Below, piece by piece: positions 23,627 to 32,946 of a DNA stretch of 64,000 nt. This stretch comes from an uncultured Gemmatimonadales bacterium. GTDB lineage: Bacteria; Gemmatimonadota; Gemmatimonadetes; Longimicrobiales; Longimicrobiaceae. Under the pieces are notes generated by a model, which saw only the letters and a program-made list of their open reading frames with translations, had not been told where the DNA came from and ran no database searches. The stretch is taken from assembly GCA_963716255.1 (NCBI GenBank), contig OY970303.1, forward strand, positions 8,096,001 to 8,160,000, in the 5' to 3' direction. Every line of letters begins with the position of its first letter. The first letter of the stretch is position 1. The position numbers and the translations under genes are program-made.

Positions 23627-24244
23627 ATGCACAAGAACAGCCTCCGCCTCTTCGAAGCCTACGCGAAGCCCTTCTTCACCCCGGAGGCGCGCGTCCTGGA
23701 GATCGGCCCGGACCGCGAGCCCTCCACCTACCAGGGCCTGGTGGGCCACGCGACGGCCGCCTGGGACACGCTGGACGCCTTTCCGCGCACCGACGTGCGG
23801 CTCACCCACCAGGCGGAGTCGGAATACGCCTTCCCGGTGCCGGACGACGCCTACGACGTGGTCTTCTCGGCGCAGGTGATCGAGCACGTGCGCAAGATCT
23901 GGCGGTGGATGCCGGAGCTGGCGCGCGTGTGCAGGCCCGGGGGCGTGGTGGTCACCATCAACCCCGTGAGCTGGCACTACCACGAGTCGCCGGTGGACTG
24001 CTGGCGGATCTACCCGGAGGGGATGCGCGCCCTCAGCGAGGACGCGGGGCTGGAGGTGGTGCTGGCGGAGTGGGGGAGCGTGGAGATGAAGGGGATCGAG
24101 GCGCGCTCGCCGCGGCTGGTGCGCAAGCAGCAGGTGTTCCAGCGCCTTTCCGGCGTGCTGGGGATGCTGAACGCCACGGTGAAGTTTCCCGTGGAGGCCG
24201 CCTACGACACCGTCACGGTCGCGCGGAAGCCCGTCCCGGGGTGA
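23627..24244 (+). CDS. Class I SAM-dependent methyltransferase
   Basis: RVLEIGP, YDVVFSAQVIEHV, CRPGG, HESPVDCWR. Confidence 0.85.
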   Translation: MHKNSLRLFEAYAKPFFTPEARVLEIGPDREPSTYQGLVGHATAAWDTLDAFPRTDVRLTHQAESEYAFPVPDDAYDVVFSAQVIEHVRKIWRWMPELARVCRPGGVVVTINPVSWHYHESPVDCWRIYPEGMRALSEDAGLEVVLAEWGSVEMKGIEARSPRLVRKQQVFQRLSGVLGMLNATVKFPVEAAYDTVTVARKPVPG

Positions 24245-24354
24245 ACGGCCGTCCGGGCGTGCCCGCGGCCGCCGGCGTCCTTGCTCCCCCGCGCACCCGC
24301 GAACATATTGCGGAGGAGCCGTTTGCGCTGTCCCCCCCCGCAATCGAGGCCCCC

Positions 24355-24882
24355 ATGCTCCGGCGCATCCTCCCCCTGGCCGCTCCCCTCCTGCTCCTCG
24401 CCTCCGCGCCCGCCAGCGGCCGGCAGCAGACGTACGAGCTGCGCTGCCGGGGCAAGTACGGCAGCGACCTCACCTTCCACGAGGCGATGCTGACCAGCCC
24501 CGTGGTGGAGCTGAGGTTCAGGGCGAGCCCGCGCGCCGCCGGGGCGGACGCGAGCGGGCTGGAGCCCGGCACCTGCTCCTGGATCGACCGGCCGCTCGGC
24601 GACGCCGAGCCGCGCAAGGTCTGGTTCAGCGCGCCGGCCCTGCCGTACTCCGACACCGGCGACCCCACCCTGGCCGAGCGGCAGCCCAGCAGGGGCACCA
24701 TCCCGCTGTACCTGTACGACGAGAGCCGGTACTGGAGCTTCTGGGTCTACAACACCGGCCGCGGACACCTGCAGGCGACCGAGCACCGCCCCTGGAAGGA
24801 CCCACGCGCCAGGATCCGGAGCCGCGTGACGGACGGGGTCCGGGTGACGCCCGACGTCCGGGCCGTCCCGCGCGAGCCCTGA
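24355..24882 (+). CDS. Secreted hypothetical protein
   Basis: Signal peptide MLRRILPLAAPLLLLASAPASG; GC3-rich codons; two Cys. Confidence 0.7.
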   Translation: MLRRILPLAAPLLLLASAPASGRQQTYELRCRGKYGSDLTFHEAMLTSPVVELRFRASPRAAGADASGLEPGTCSWIDRPLGDAEPRKVWFSAPALPYSDTGDPTLAERQPSRGTIPLYLYDESRYWSFWVYNTGRGHLQATEHRPWKDPRARIRSRVTDGVRVTPDVRAVPREP

Positions 24883-24900
24883 GCGTCCGGGCGGAAGCCG

Positions 24901-25842
24901 TCAGGGGGTGGCGGGAGGGGCGGGGGCCTCCGGGGCGGGAGAGGGCCGTCCACGGGCCAGGAACAGGGCGGGAAGGAGCTCGCCGGCGATGCTCCACAGG
25001 CGCGAGGCGATGGCCAGCGCCGCGGCGACGCCGGCGGGCACCATCCCCGCCAGCAGCAGCGCGGTGGCGGTCTCCTTGAAGCCGATGCCGCCCGGCGCGA
25101 AGAAGACGACGTAGCCCGCGATGAAGGCCAGGGCGTTGATCGCCGTGACCGCGGGGAGGGCGGAGAGCGGCAGCTCCACGAACGACGCCAGGAAGAGGTA
25201 GAAGGCCGCGCCGTACAGCCACCACGACACGGCGGAGAGCAGCAGGATCCCCACCCCCTCCGCCCAGCTCCCCCGCCACTCCAGCACCCCCTTGCGCGCC
25301 ACCCGCCGCACGAGCCGCAGCCCGGCGCGGATCACGGCGGGGTGCACCAGCCCCAGCGCCAGCGGCGACGCCCAGCGGAGCGCCAGCAGCGCCCGCCCGA
25401 AGTCGCCCGCGTACTCGGCGGGGAGGAACCACACCCCCACCACCCCCGCCGACAGCAGCAGGAACCCCATCTGCACCAGCAGCGTGGTGACCGTCGCCGC
25501 GGGGGTGAGCCCCGCCGAGGGCCCCAGCTGCGCCAGGCTCACGAACTGCCACACCACCCCCGGGATGTAGCGGCTCAGGTTGGCCAGGAACCAGGCCCGG
25601 GCCAGCGCGCGGAAGGGCGCGTCGGCCCCGAAGCGCCGCAGCAGCACCCGCCACACCGCCACCCCCCACAGCAGCACCCCCGAGAGCAGCAGCACCGAGA
25701 GCGCCAGGAGCCCGGGCCTCACTTCCCACCGGAAGCCCTTCAGCTGGCCGGCGTTCAGCCACACGGTCCTGCCCAGGAAGAGAAAGGCCGCGGCGACCAG
25801 CGCGAAGGTGAGAAGCCGCCGCAGCCAGGGCGAAAGCTTCAT
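24901..25842 (-). CDS. Lysylphosphatidylglycerol-synthase TM-domain (putative flippase) protein
   Basis: Multi-TM; ANLSRYIPG and APGGIGFKE motifs. Confidence 0.85.
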   Translation of the reverse strand: MKLSPWLRRLLTFALVAAAFLFLGRTVWLNAGQLKGFRWEVRPGLLALSVLLLSGVLLWGVAVWRVLLRRFGADAPFRALARAWFLANLSRYIPGVVWQFVSLAQLGPSAGLTPAATVTTLLVQMGFLLLSAGVVGVWFLPAEYAGDFGRALLALRWASPLALGLVHPAVIRAGLRLVRRVARKGVLEWRGSWAEGVGILLLSAVSWWLYGAAFYLFLASFVELPLSALPAVTAINALAFIAGYVVFFAPGGIGFKETATALLLAGMVPAGVAAALAIASRLWSIAGELLPALFLARGRPSPAPEAPAPPATP

Positions 25843-28241
25843 CCGGCCGCCGGCGCCGGCTCCGCCCGCCGGCGCCCCGCGGCCAGGTGCCGAGCCAGCA
25901 GGTAGAGCCCGTACGCCGCCAGCAGCGCCAGGCACGCCAGGTACACGTAGAAGCCGGTGTACAGGTCGGCCGGGTGGAAGGTGAACGTCACCCGGTGGTC
26001 GCCGGCGGGGACCACCACGCCGCGGAAGGTGTGGTTGGCGCGCAGGATGGGGGCGGGCCGCCCGTCCACCCGCGCTTCCCACCCCGCGTAGAAGTTGTCT
26101 GCCAGGACGAGCAGCGCCTCGCGGTCGGCGCGCGTCCGCACCACGACGCGGTCGGGCGTGTACTCCGCCACCTGCGCCGCGCCGTTCAGCGGCCCGGCGG
26201 GAAGGCGGACCGGCGCCGCGCTGGCGACCACCGCCGTCGTGCGCGGGTCGAACCCCTGCGCCTGCATGGCCTCCAGCCCGCTCGCGTCCGGGCCGGTGGT
26301 CACCACCTGCGGCACCAGGTAGGCGCGGGGGAGCGCCCCCAGGTTCTCGTAGACCAGCGCGCTCCCGCGGTGCACCTCGCGCAGCCGCGGGTCCTGGAAC
26401 TCCACCCCGGAAACCAGCCAGCGCACGTTGCCGGCGTCCAGGAACGCCGGGCTTCCCATGAAGTTGTGCCAGTCCACGTAGCTTTCCGTCCCCGCGCCCA
26501 CGTACTGGTTCCAGCGCTGGAGCTGGTTGCCGTGCTCGCCGCCCGCCTGGTCCACGTCGAAGTGCATCAGGTAGTTGCCCGCGTTCCCCCGGTACACCGA
26601 GCCGGGAGGGAAGGGGAGCACCCATACGCGGTCGCGGCCGGGCTGCGCGCGGAGGAAGTCCGCCACGTCGTCCGGCGCGAACATCTCGTCCGGCGAGGGC
26701 ACCGTCTCGAAGAACTTCCGGTCCACCACCCACAGGTCCGCCACCACCAGCAGCGACAGCAGCGCCGTGGCGGCGGTGGCGCTCAGCCCGCCGCGGATCC
26801 AGAACCACACCACCGCCGCCACGGCCGCCGCGAAGAGCGCGAAGCGGAAGGCGGCCGGCCCCGGGGGCGGCACGTTGGCCGCCGATGTGCCCGACGCCAT
26901 CATCCCCAGGAGCACCGCCACGGCCACCACGCCGCCCAGGATCCACGCCGCCGGCTTCGCCTCCGGGAGCGGCTCGGGGCCGCGGAGCGCGCGCGCGGAG
27001 GCGCGCCGCTCGTCCAGCCGCGCGGCGATGGCCTCCAGCGCCAGCGTCGCCATCATGACCAGCGACAGCGACACCAGGAAGAAGGAGATGGAGGGCGCCC
27101 GGAAGCGCTTGGTCCCCGGGAGGATCTCGTAGTAGAGCCGGTACAGCGGCGTGTTGCCGCCCAGCGCGATGGTCAGCGCGAACAGTCCCAGCCCCGCGAA
27201 CGCCCACCAGTAGCGGTTCCGCCGGCAGAAGTACGCGCCCAGCGCGGCGAGCACCAGCGCCAGCGCACCCACGTACTCCACGTGCAGCTTGAAGGGGTTG
27301 GTGCCGCGGTACGTTTCCAGGTAGCCGCTCAGCTCGGGGACGGCCACCGCCGCCACCTCCGCCGCGGGCATGGAGTACGACGTGGAGTACTCGTAGCCGC
27401 GCCCGCCCGCCATGCCGCGCGGCGACTCCGCCACGTAGTCCCGGAAGGGGAGGAAGTTGACCGAGGCCATGGCGAAGGCGAACGCCACCGCGCCCACGCC
27501 CAGCAGCACCGGCCTCAGGAGCCGCCGCGGCTCGCGGAACAGGCCGAAGTGCCACAGGCAGAACACGCTCCACACCAGCGCCCCCAGCAGCATGTAGTAG
27601 GCGCTCTGGATCTGGAAGGTGAGCAGCGCGAAGCCGATCGCCGCCGCCGCCCCCGCGAACGGCGCGAGCGCGCCCGTGCGGATCCCGCGGTGGAAGAAGC
27701 AGAACACCAGCGGCGTCAGCGTCGCCACGATGATCCTCCCCTCGTGCCCCGCCAGCACCCACGACATGGTGAGGCCGGTGAACTGGAAGGCCAGGCCGCC
27801 CACGAACGCCACCCAGCGCCGCGTCCCCAGCTCCCGCGCCAGCAGGTACGTGCCCAGCCCCGCCAGGGCGAAGTGCACCACGAAGAACGTCGGCCAGATC
27901 TTGGAGACGGGGAAGATCCAGTCCGCCAGGAAGCGCACCGGGTAGTACGTGCTCCCCGGGTTCGCGAACAGCGGCAGCCCGCCGTACACGTGCGGCACCC
28001 ACTTGGGGAGCACGCCCGCGCCGAACTGCTGCGAGATGAACTCGTGGAAGAAGTACCCGCCCACCAGGTAGTCCGTCCCGTAGATGTGCTTTCCCGGGAG
28101 GAAGGCGGGGAGGAAGTAGACGAGCGCGAGCGCGAAGTACGCCAGCGCCGCGATCCCGGTGGAGATCGGCGGGCCGGGGTCCGCCGCGGAGGTGGCCGGC
28201 GCGCCGCGCGCGGCCGAGGCCGCCCTGCTCTGAGCGTTCAT
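25839..28241 (-). CDS. YfhO-family (GT-C-like) membrane glycosyltransferase
   Basis: WVPHVYGGLPLFANP, many TMs, C-terminal LVLADNFYAGWEARVDG...GVVVPAGDHRVTFTF. Confidence 0.88.
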   Translation of the reverse strand: MNAQSRAASAARGAPATSAADPGPPISTGIAALAYFALALVYFLPAFLPGKHIYGTDYLVGGYFFHEFISQQFGAGVLPKWVPHVYGGLPLFANPGSTYYPVRFLADWIFPVSKIWPTFFVVHFALAGLGTYLLARELGTRRWVAFVGGLAFQFTGLTMSWVLAGHEGRIIVATLTPLVFCFFHRGIRTGALAPFAGAAAAIGFALLTFQIQSAYYMLLGALVWSVFCLWHFGLFREPRRLLRPVLLGVGAVAFAFAMASVNFLPFRDYVAESPRGMAGGRGYEYSTSYSMPAAEVAAVAVPELSGYLETYRGTNPFKLHVEYVGALALVLAALGAYFCRRNRYWWAFAGLGLFALTIALGGNTPLYRLYYEILPGTKRFRAPSISFFLVSLSLVMMATLALEAIAARLDERRASARALRGPEPLPEAKPAAWILGGVVAVAVLLGMMASGTSAANVPPPGPAAFRFALFAAAVAAVVWFWIRGGLSATAATALLSLLVVADLWVVDRKFFETVPSPDEMFAPDDVADFLRAQPGRDRVWVLPFPPGSVYRGNAGNYLMHFDVDQAGGEHGNQLQRWNQYVGAGTESYVDWHNFMGSPAFLDAGNVRWLVSGVEFQDPRLREVHRGSALVYENLGALPRAYLVPQVVTTGPDASGLEAMQAQGFDPRTTAVVASAAPVRLPAGPLNGAAQVAEYTPDRVVVRTRADREALLVLADNFYAGWEARVDGRPAPILRANHTFRGVVVPAGDHRVTFTFHPADLYTGFYVYLACLALLAAYGLYLLARHLAAGRRRAEPAPAAG

Positions 28242-29372
28242 TCAGCGTGGGGATGATTGAAAGGACGTGCCGCGGCCGGCGGCCGCGACTTCCCGCAGAA
28301 ACTCCAGGTGCCGCTCCGCGACCGCGTCCCAGGAGAAGCGCTCCGCCGACACCCGCGCCGACGCGCTGGTCGCCGCCCGCGCGGCCGGGTCGTCCAGGAG
28401 CCGCAGCGCCGCCTCGGCGAGCGCGTCCGGGTCGTCAGGGGGCACCAGGATCCCCCCGCGCGGCGGGTCCACCACCTCCGGGACCGCGCCCACCGCCGCG
28501 GCGACCACCGGGACCCCGGCGGCCATGGCCTCCGCGGGGACCATCGGCAGGCCTTCCAGGCGCGAGGGCATCAGCAGCGCCAGCGCGCCCGCGAACAGTT
28601 CCAGCACCTGCGCGCGCTCCACGTTGGGCACCAGCCGGACGCGGTCCGCCACGCCCAGCTCCCGGGCCAGCTCGCGGACGCGCGCTTCGTCCTTGCCGCG
28701 CCCCGCCAGCCGGAGCTCCACCCCCGGCCGCTCCCGCGCGATCCGCGCGAAGGCGTGCAGCAGCGTGTCCAGCCCCTTCTGGTAGACGTCGAAGCGGCCG
28801 TAGCAGAGCAGGAAGCCGCCCTCGCGCCGCTCCACCCGCGCGAACTCGTCCGGGACCCCGCTGCCGATCAGCGCCACCCGCACGTCCGGCGCGAGCAGCG
28901 GGCGCAGCTGGTCCGTCATCCAGCGCGAGGTCGTGCTCACCCATCGCGCCCGGCGCAGCGAGCGGCGCTCCGCCGCGTCCACCGCGCCGCCCAGCACCCC
29001 GCCGAAGCGGCCCCGCGCCGTGGGCCCGTGGAGCATGTGCACCACCAGCCCCACCGGCCGGCCGCGCGGAATGCGCAGCGGCGTGTACACCGAGAAGTCG
29101 TAGACCGCCGCGTCGTACTCGCCCCGCTCCAGCAGCCGCGTCGCCGCGCGCGCATACGTCCAGCGGCTCCACGGGTAGGGCGAGCGGGCGCCCAGCCGCA
29201 GGTAGCGCACCCCGTCCGTCGTCTCGTCCCGCGCGCCCGGGAAGCTCCCCGTCGCCACGGTCGCGTCCACGCGCCCCGCCAGGCGCCGGTAGATCTCCAG
29301 CACCCGCATCGAGCCGCCGCCCCCCACCCAGGGGTTCCGCGGGTCGTCGTAGATGCAGTGCAGGACACGCAT
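28242..29372 (-). CDS. GT4 glycosyltransferase
   Basis: GRFDVYQKG, PSRLEGLPMVPAEAMAAGVPVV. Confidence 0.9.
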   Translation of the reverse strand: MRVLHCIYDDPRNPWVGGGGSMRVLEIYRRLAGRVDATVATGSFPGARDETTDGVRYLRLGARSPYPWSRWTYARAATRLLERGEYDAAVYDFSVYTPLRIPRGRPVGLVVHMLHGPTARGRFGGVLGGAVDAAERRSLRRARWVSTTSRWMTDQLRPLLAPDVRVALIGSGVPDEFARVERREGGFLLCYGRFDVYQKGLDTLLHAFARIARERPGVELRLAGRGKDEARVRELARELGVADRVRLVPNVERAQVLELFAGALALLMPSRLEGLPMVPAEAMAAGVPVVAAAVGAVPEVVDPPRGGILVPPDDPDALAEAALRLLDDPAARAATSASARVSAERFSWDAVAERHLEFLREVAAAGRGTSFQSSPR

Positions 29373-29389
29373 CGTCTAGGCTCGACAGC

Positions 29390-29526
29390 GGGTTCGGGCG
29401 TGCCCCCGGCTGGCGCCGGGGTCGGGCTTCGGCTCCGTAACGCACGAAACAACCGTGCGTAACGGAGTCGAGCCCCCGCGAAACCGCCCGCGGGGTCTCG
29501 CCCCTCCGGGCCGGAATCCCTCACGC
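29390..29526 (+). repeat. Repeat family A, copy 7, followed by a B module to about 29615
   Basis: Central stem ACGCACG/CGTGCGT. Confidence 0.95.
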
Positions 29527-29629
29527 AACAGCCGAAGTGACCTCAATATCCAGCAGTTGCACCCTCTCCCAGAATTGGGAGAGGGTGGCGGCTCTAAGGC
29601 CGCCGGGTGAGGGCCGCCGGGGCCGGCCC

Positions 29630-30547
29630 TCACGGCAGCCGCCGCGCGATGAAGAAGTTGCTCCCGATCCCCACGTCCCACGCCGCGCGCATCGCCGGGT
29701 TCTCCGTGACCCACCGCTGGCGCGCCACCCATCCGGCGGCGCGGCGCTTCAGGCCGGTGCTCATCTCCCCGGGGCGCGAGATCTTTTCGCGCAGGTAGTT
29801 GATCCACAGCTCCCGCGGCGGCACCAGCGAGCGGAAGCCGTGGCGGCGCAGCATGCGCAGCACGCCACGGCGCGTGGGGATGATCCCCACCCCGTACTCG
29901 CCCTCGCCGCCGCCGCGAACGCGCTCGAAGTACCACACCTGCATGGCGCGCGGCATCAGCACCAGCCCCGCCATGGAGTAGTGCGGGTCGCTCCACAGGC
30001 TGTAGAGCGCGAACGGCTTGGGGGTGACCAGGTACAGGATCCCGTCCGGCTTCAGCACGCGGCGGATCTCCGCGACCGTCTTCTCGCGGTCCTGCACGTG
30101 CTCCAGCACGTTGTCCAGCGTCACCAGGTCGAAGCTGGCGTCGGGGAAGGGAAGCGCCTCCGCCACCCCCACGCGGATGTCCGCGCGCACCCCGTGCTCC
30201 TCCGCGCGCACCCGGCCGCGCTCCACGCTGCGCTCGTACGGCTCGATGCCGCTCGCCTCCGCGCCCGCCTCCGCGAAGGCGATCAGCACCCCCGCGTCGC
30301 CGCACCCCACGTCCAGCATCCGCGCGCCCGCCGGGCTCCACCCCGGCAGGTAGCGCCGCAGCGTCCCGATGATGAAGCGGCCGCGCGGGTACTCGCTGAC
30401 GTAGTGGCTCTTCCACTTGTCGAAGTTCGCCGACTGCCACCACCGCTCCCGGTCCGACTCCAGGAGCGCCAGGTATCGCGGCTCCCCGGCCTCCGCCGCG
30501 GTCCCGGGCTCCACGGCCGTCGTGTCCCTGCGCTCGTGCTCCGTCAT
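29630..30547 (-). CDS. Class I SAM-dependent methyltransferase
   Basis: MLDVGCGDAG, LPFPDASFDLV, VLEHV, RVLKPDG. Confidence 0.9.
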   Translation of the reverse strand: MTEHERRDTTAVEPGTAAEAGEPRYLALLESDRERWWQSANFDKWKSHYVSEYPRGRFIIGTLRRYLPGWSPAGARMLDVGCGDAGVLIAFAEAGAEASGIEPYERSVERGRVRAEEHGVRADIRVGVAEALPFPDASFDLVTLDNVLEHVQDREKTVAEIRRVLKPDGILYLVTPKPFALYSLWSDPHYSMAGLVLMPRAMQVWYFERVRGGGEGEYGVGIIPTRRGVLRMLRRHGFRSLVPPRELWINYLREKISRPGEMSTGLKRRAAGWVARQRWVTENPAMRAAWDVGIGSNFFIARRLP

Positions 30548-30551
30548 TCGC

Positions 30552-31787
30552 TCATGAAGCGGTGGCGCCGCGGCCCCGTCCCCCGGAGCGCGCGGCGACC
30601 TCGTGGTACAGGCCCGCCAATCTGTCTACGATCACCGGCCAGGAAAACCCCGCCGCCACGTCGTCCCGCCCCGCCAGCCCGTATCGGCGCCGCCGCCCCG
30701 GGTCGTCCATGCACGCGCGCACCGCCCCGGCGAGCGCCTCCGCGTCCCCCGGCGGCACCAGCCAGCCGTTCCGCCCGTCCCGGACGATGTCCACGATCCC
30801 GCCCGCCGCGCTGGCGATCACCGGCTTCGCGTTCACCATCGCCTCCAGCAGCACCACCCCCAGCCCCTCCGTGTCGCCCTTCGCGTCCACGGTCGCCGGG
30901 AGCACGAACGCGTCGCAGCCCGCGAAGCGCCGCGCCAGCTCCGCGCTGGACACGAAGCCCTCGAACACCACCCTCTCCCCCAGCCCCAGCAGCCTCGCCC
31001 GCGCCGCCAGCGCCTCGCGCTCCGGCCCGTCGCCCACCACCCGCAGCAGCAGCCGCCGCCCGGCGTCCAGGCGCGCCAGGGCGTCCAGCAGCACGTGCAC
31101 CCCCTTGCGCTCCACCAGCCGGCCCACGAACAGCAGCTCGAAGGGCCGCCCCTCCGCCGCCGGGTCGCGCGCGGGCGGCGTTTCCGCCGGCGGCGCCACC
31201 GTCGCCCCGAAAGGGATTATCGTCGAGCGCGCGTCCGGCACCAGGCGGCGCAGGCGCTCCGCCGTGTAGGTGGAGATGGTGGTCACCGCGTCCGAGCCGC
31301 GCACGATGCGCTTCAGCACCGGGCCCAGGAAGGGGAGCTGCGACTCCATCCAGGTCAGCTCCACCCCGAAGAAGGTGGACACCAGCGGCACCCCCGAGGC
31401 CCGCTTCGCCGCCAGCCCCAGCAGCCCGTGCGGGATCGGCCAGAAGGCGTGCAGCAGGTCGAACCCGCCCGAGCGCGCCAGCCGGGCCGCAGCCAGCGAG
31501 CCGGCCGCCACGTACCCCGGCACCAGCCCCAGGAAGTACGGGCGGTCGCGGATGCGGTCCGGCGCCGTCTGGTCGTGCGTCAGTGTCTCCCAGGGGCGCG
31601 GCGCGTAGCGGAAGCGGTGCACCCGCACCCCCTCCACCGTCTGGCCGCCCAGGCCGCGGTACGCGGGCGCGAGCACCTCCACCTCCACCCCTCGCTCCCC
31701 CAGCCGCCGGATCGTCTCCACCAGCCAGGGCGTGATCACGTCGGAAGGATCACGGGGGTACGCGGTCACCAGGTACAGGACTTTCAC
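30552..31787 (-). CDS. GT4 glycosyltransferase
   Basis: FVGRLVERKG, TEGLGVVLLEAM..AKPVIAS. Confidence 0.9.
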   Translation of the reverse strand: MKVLYLVTAYPRDPSDVITPWLVETIRRLGERGVEVEVLAPAYRGLGGQTVEGVRVHRFRYAPRPWETLTHDQTAPDRIRDRPYFLGLVPGYVAAGSLAAARLARSGGFDLLHAFWPIPHGLLGLAAKRASGVPLVSTFFGVELTWMESQLPFLGPVLKRIVRGSDAVTTISTYTAERLRRLVPDARSTIIPFGATVAPPAETPPARDPAAEGRPFELLFVGRLVERKGVHVLLDALARLDAGRRLLLRVVGDGPEREALAARARLLGLGERVVFEGFVSSAELARRFAGCDAFVLPATVDAKGDTEGLGVVLLEAMVNAKPVIASAAGGIVDIVRDGRNGWLVPPGDAEALAGAVRACMDDPGRRRRYGLAGRDDVAAGFSWPVIVDRLAGLYHEVAARSGGRGRGATAS

Positions 31788-31880
31788 TTGTCGGCCGCGG
31801 CGGGCGGGGGTATGTTAACGGCTCGCCAAAATACCACCCGCCCCCAAGCGACATCAAGGATCCTCACCGCCTTCCCCAGA

Positions 31881-32600
31881 GTGCAGCGCGTCCTCGTCAT
31901 CGTCCCGACCTACAATGAGCGCGAGAACCTCCCTCGCATCATTCCCCAGATCCTCGCCAAGGACCCCCGCCTGGAGGTCCTCGTCGTCGACGACGGCTCG
32001 CCCGACGGCACCGGCGAGATCGCCGACGGGATGGCGGCCGAGGAGGAGCGCATCCACGTCCTGCACCGCAGCGGCAAGCTGGGGCTGGGCACCGCGTACA
32101 TCGCGGGGTTCCGCTGGGGGCTGGAGCGCGGCTACGACGCGTTCTTCGAGATGGACGCCGACTTCTCGCACGACCCCGCGCACCTGCCGCAGTTCCTGGA
32201 GGCCATCGAGCACTACGACGTGGTCCTCGGCTCTCGCTACCTGCACGGGCGGGTCACCGTGGTCAACTGGCCCATCGCGCGGCTGCTGCTCAGCTACTAC
32301 GCCAACGTCTACGCGCGCTTCGTCACCGGGCTCCCCATCGCCGACGCCACCGGCGGGTTCAAGTGCTTCCGCAGGGAGCCGCTCGCCGCCATCCCGCTGG
32401 AGCGGGTGGAGTCCAACGGCTACGCCTTCCAGATCGAGATGAGCTTCCGGGCCTGGAAGAAGGGGTTCCGCCTGGGCGAGATCCCCATCATGTTCGTGGA
32501 CCGCGACGTGGGCGAGAGCAAGATGTCCGGGAAGATCGTGCGCGAAGCCGTGTGGCGGGTGTGGCGGCTGCGGTTCCTGGCGCTCTTCGGCAAGCTCTGA
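31881..32600 (+). CDS. Polyprenol monophosphomannose synthase (DPM1-like GT2)
   Basis: IVPTYNEREN, VDDGSPDGT, GKLGLGTAY, MDADFSH, DATGGFKC. Confidence 0.9.
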   Translation: MQRVLVIVPTYNERENLPRIIPQILAKDPRLEVLVVDDGSPDGTGEIADGMAAEEERIHVLHRSGKLGLGTAYIAGFRWGLERGYDAFFEMDADFSHDPAHLPQFLEAIEHYDVVLGSRYLHGRVTVVNWPIARLLLSYYANVYARFVTGLPIADATGGFKCFRREPLAAIPLERVESNGYAFQIEMSFRAWKKGFRLGEIPIMFVDRDVGESKMSGKIVREAVWRVWRLRFLALFGKL

Positions 32601-32617
32601 TTCACGGCTGAACGGCC

Positions 32618-32752
32618 GGGCTTGGGCGTGCCCCCGGCTGGCGCCGGGGTCGGGCTTCGGCTCCGTAACGCACGAAACAACCGTGCGTAACGGAGTCGAG
32701 CCCGCGCAAACAGCCGCGCGGTCTCGCCCCTCCGGGCCGAAATCCCTCACGC
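32618..32752 (+). repeat. Repeat family A, copy 8, followed by B modules to about 32900
   Basis: Central stem ACGCACG/CGTGCGT. Confidence 0.95.
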
Positions 32753-32946
32753 GGGCTCGCGCTGGCGTCCGCTGGGACCCCCTCCCCCCGACCCCCTCCC
32801 CCGCAAGCGGGAAAGGGGGAGAACGGCCACGGCACGCCGGAAATTGAGGGTCAGGAAGCCCTCCCCCAGAATTGGGGGAGGGGCCGGGGGAGGGGGTCGC
32901 CGTCGCCGTTCTCCGTCGCACTCTTCGCACTTTCGCACTTCCCCTC

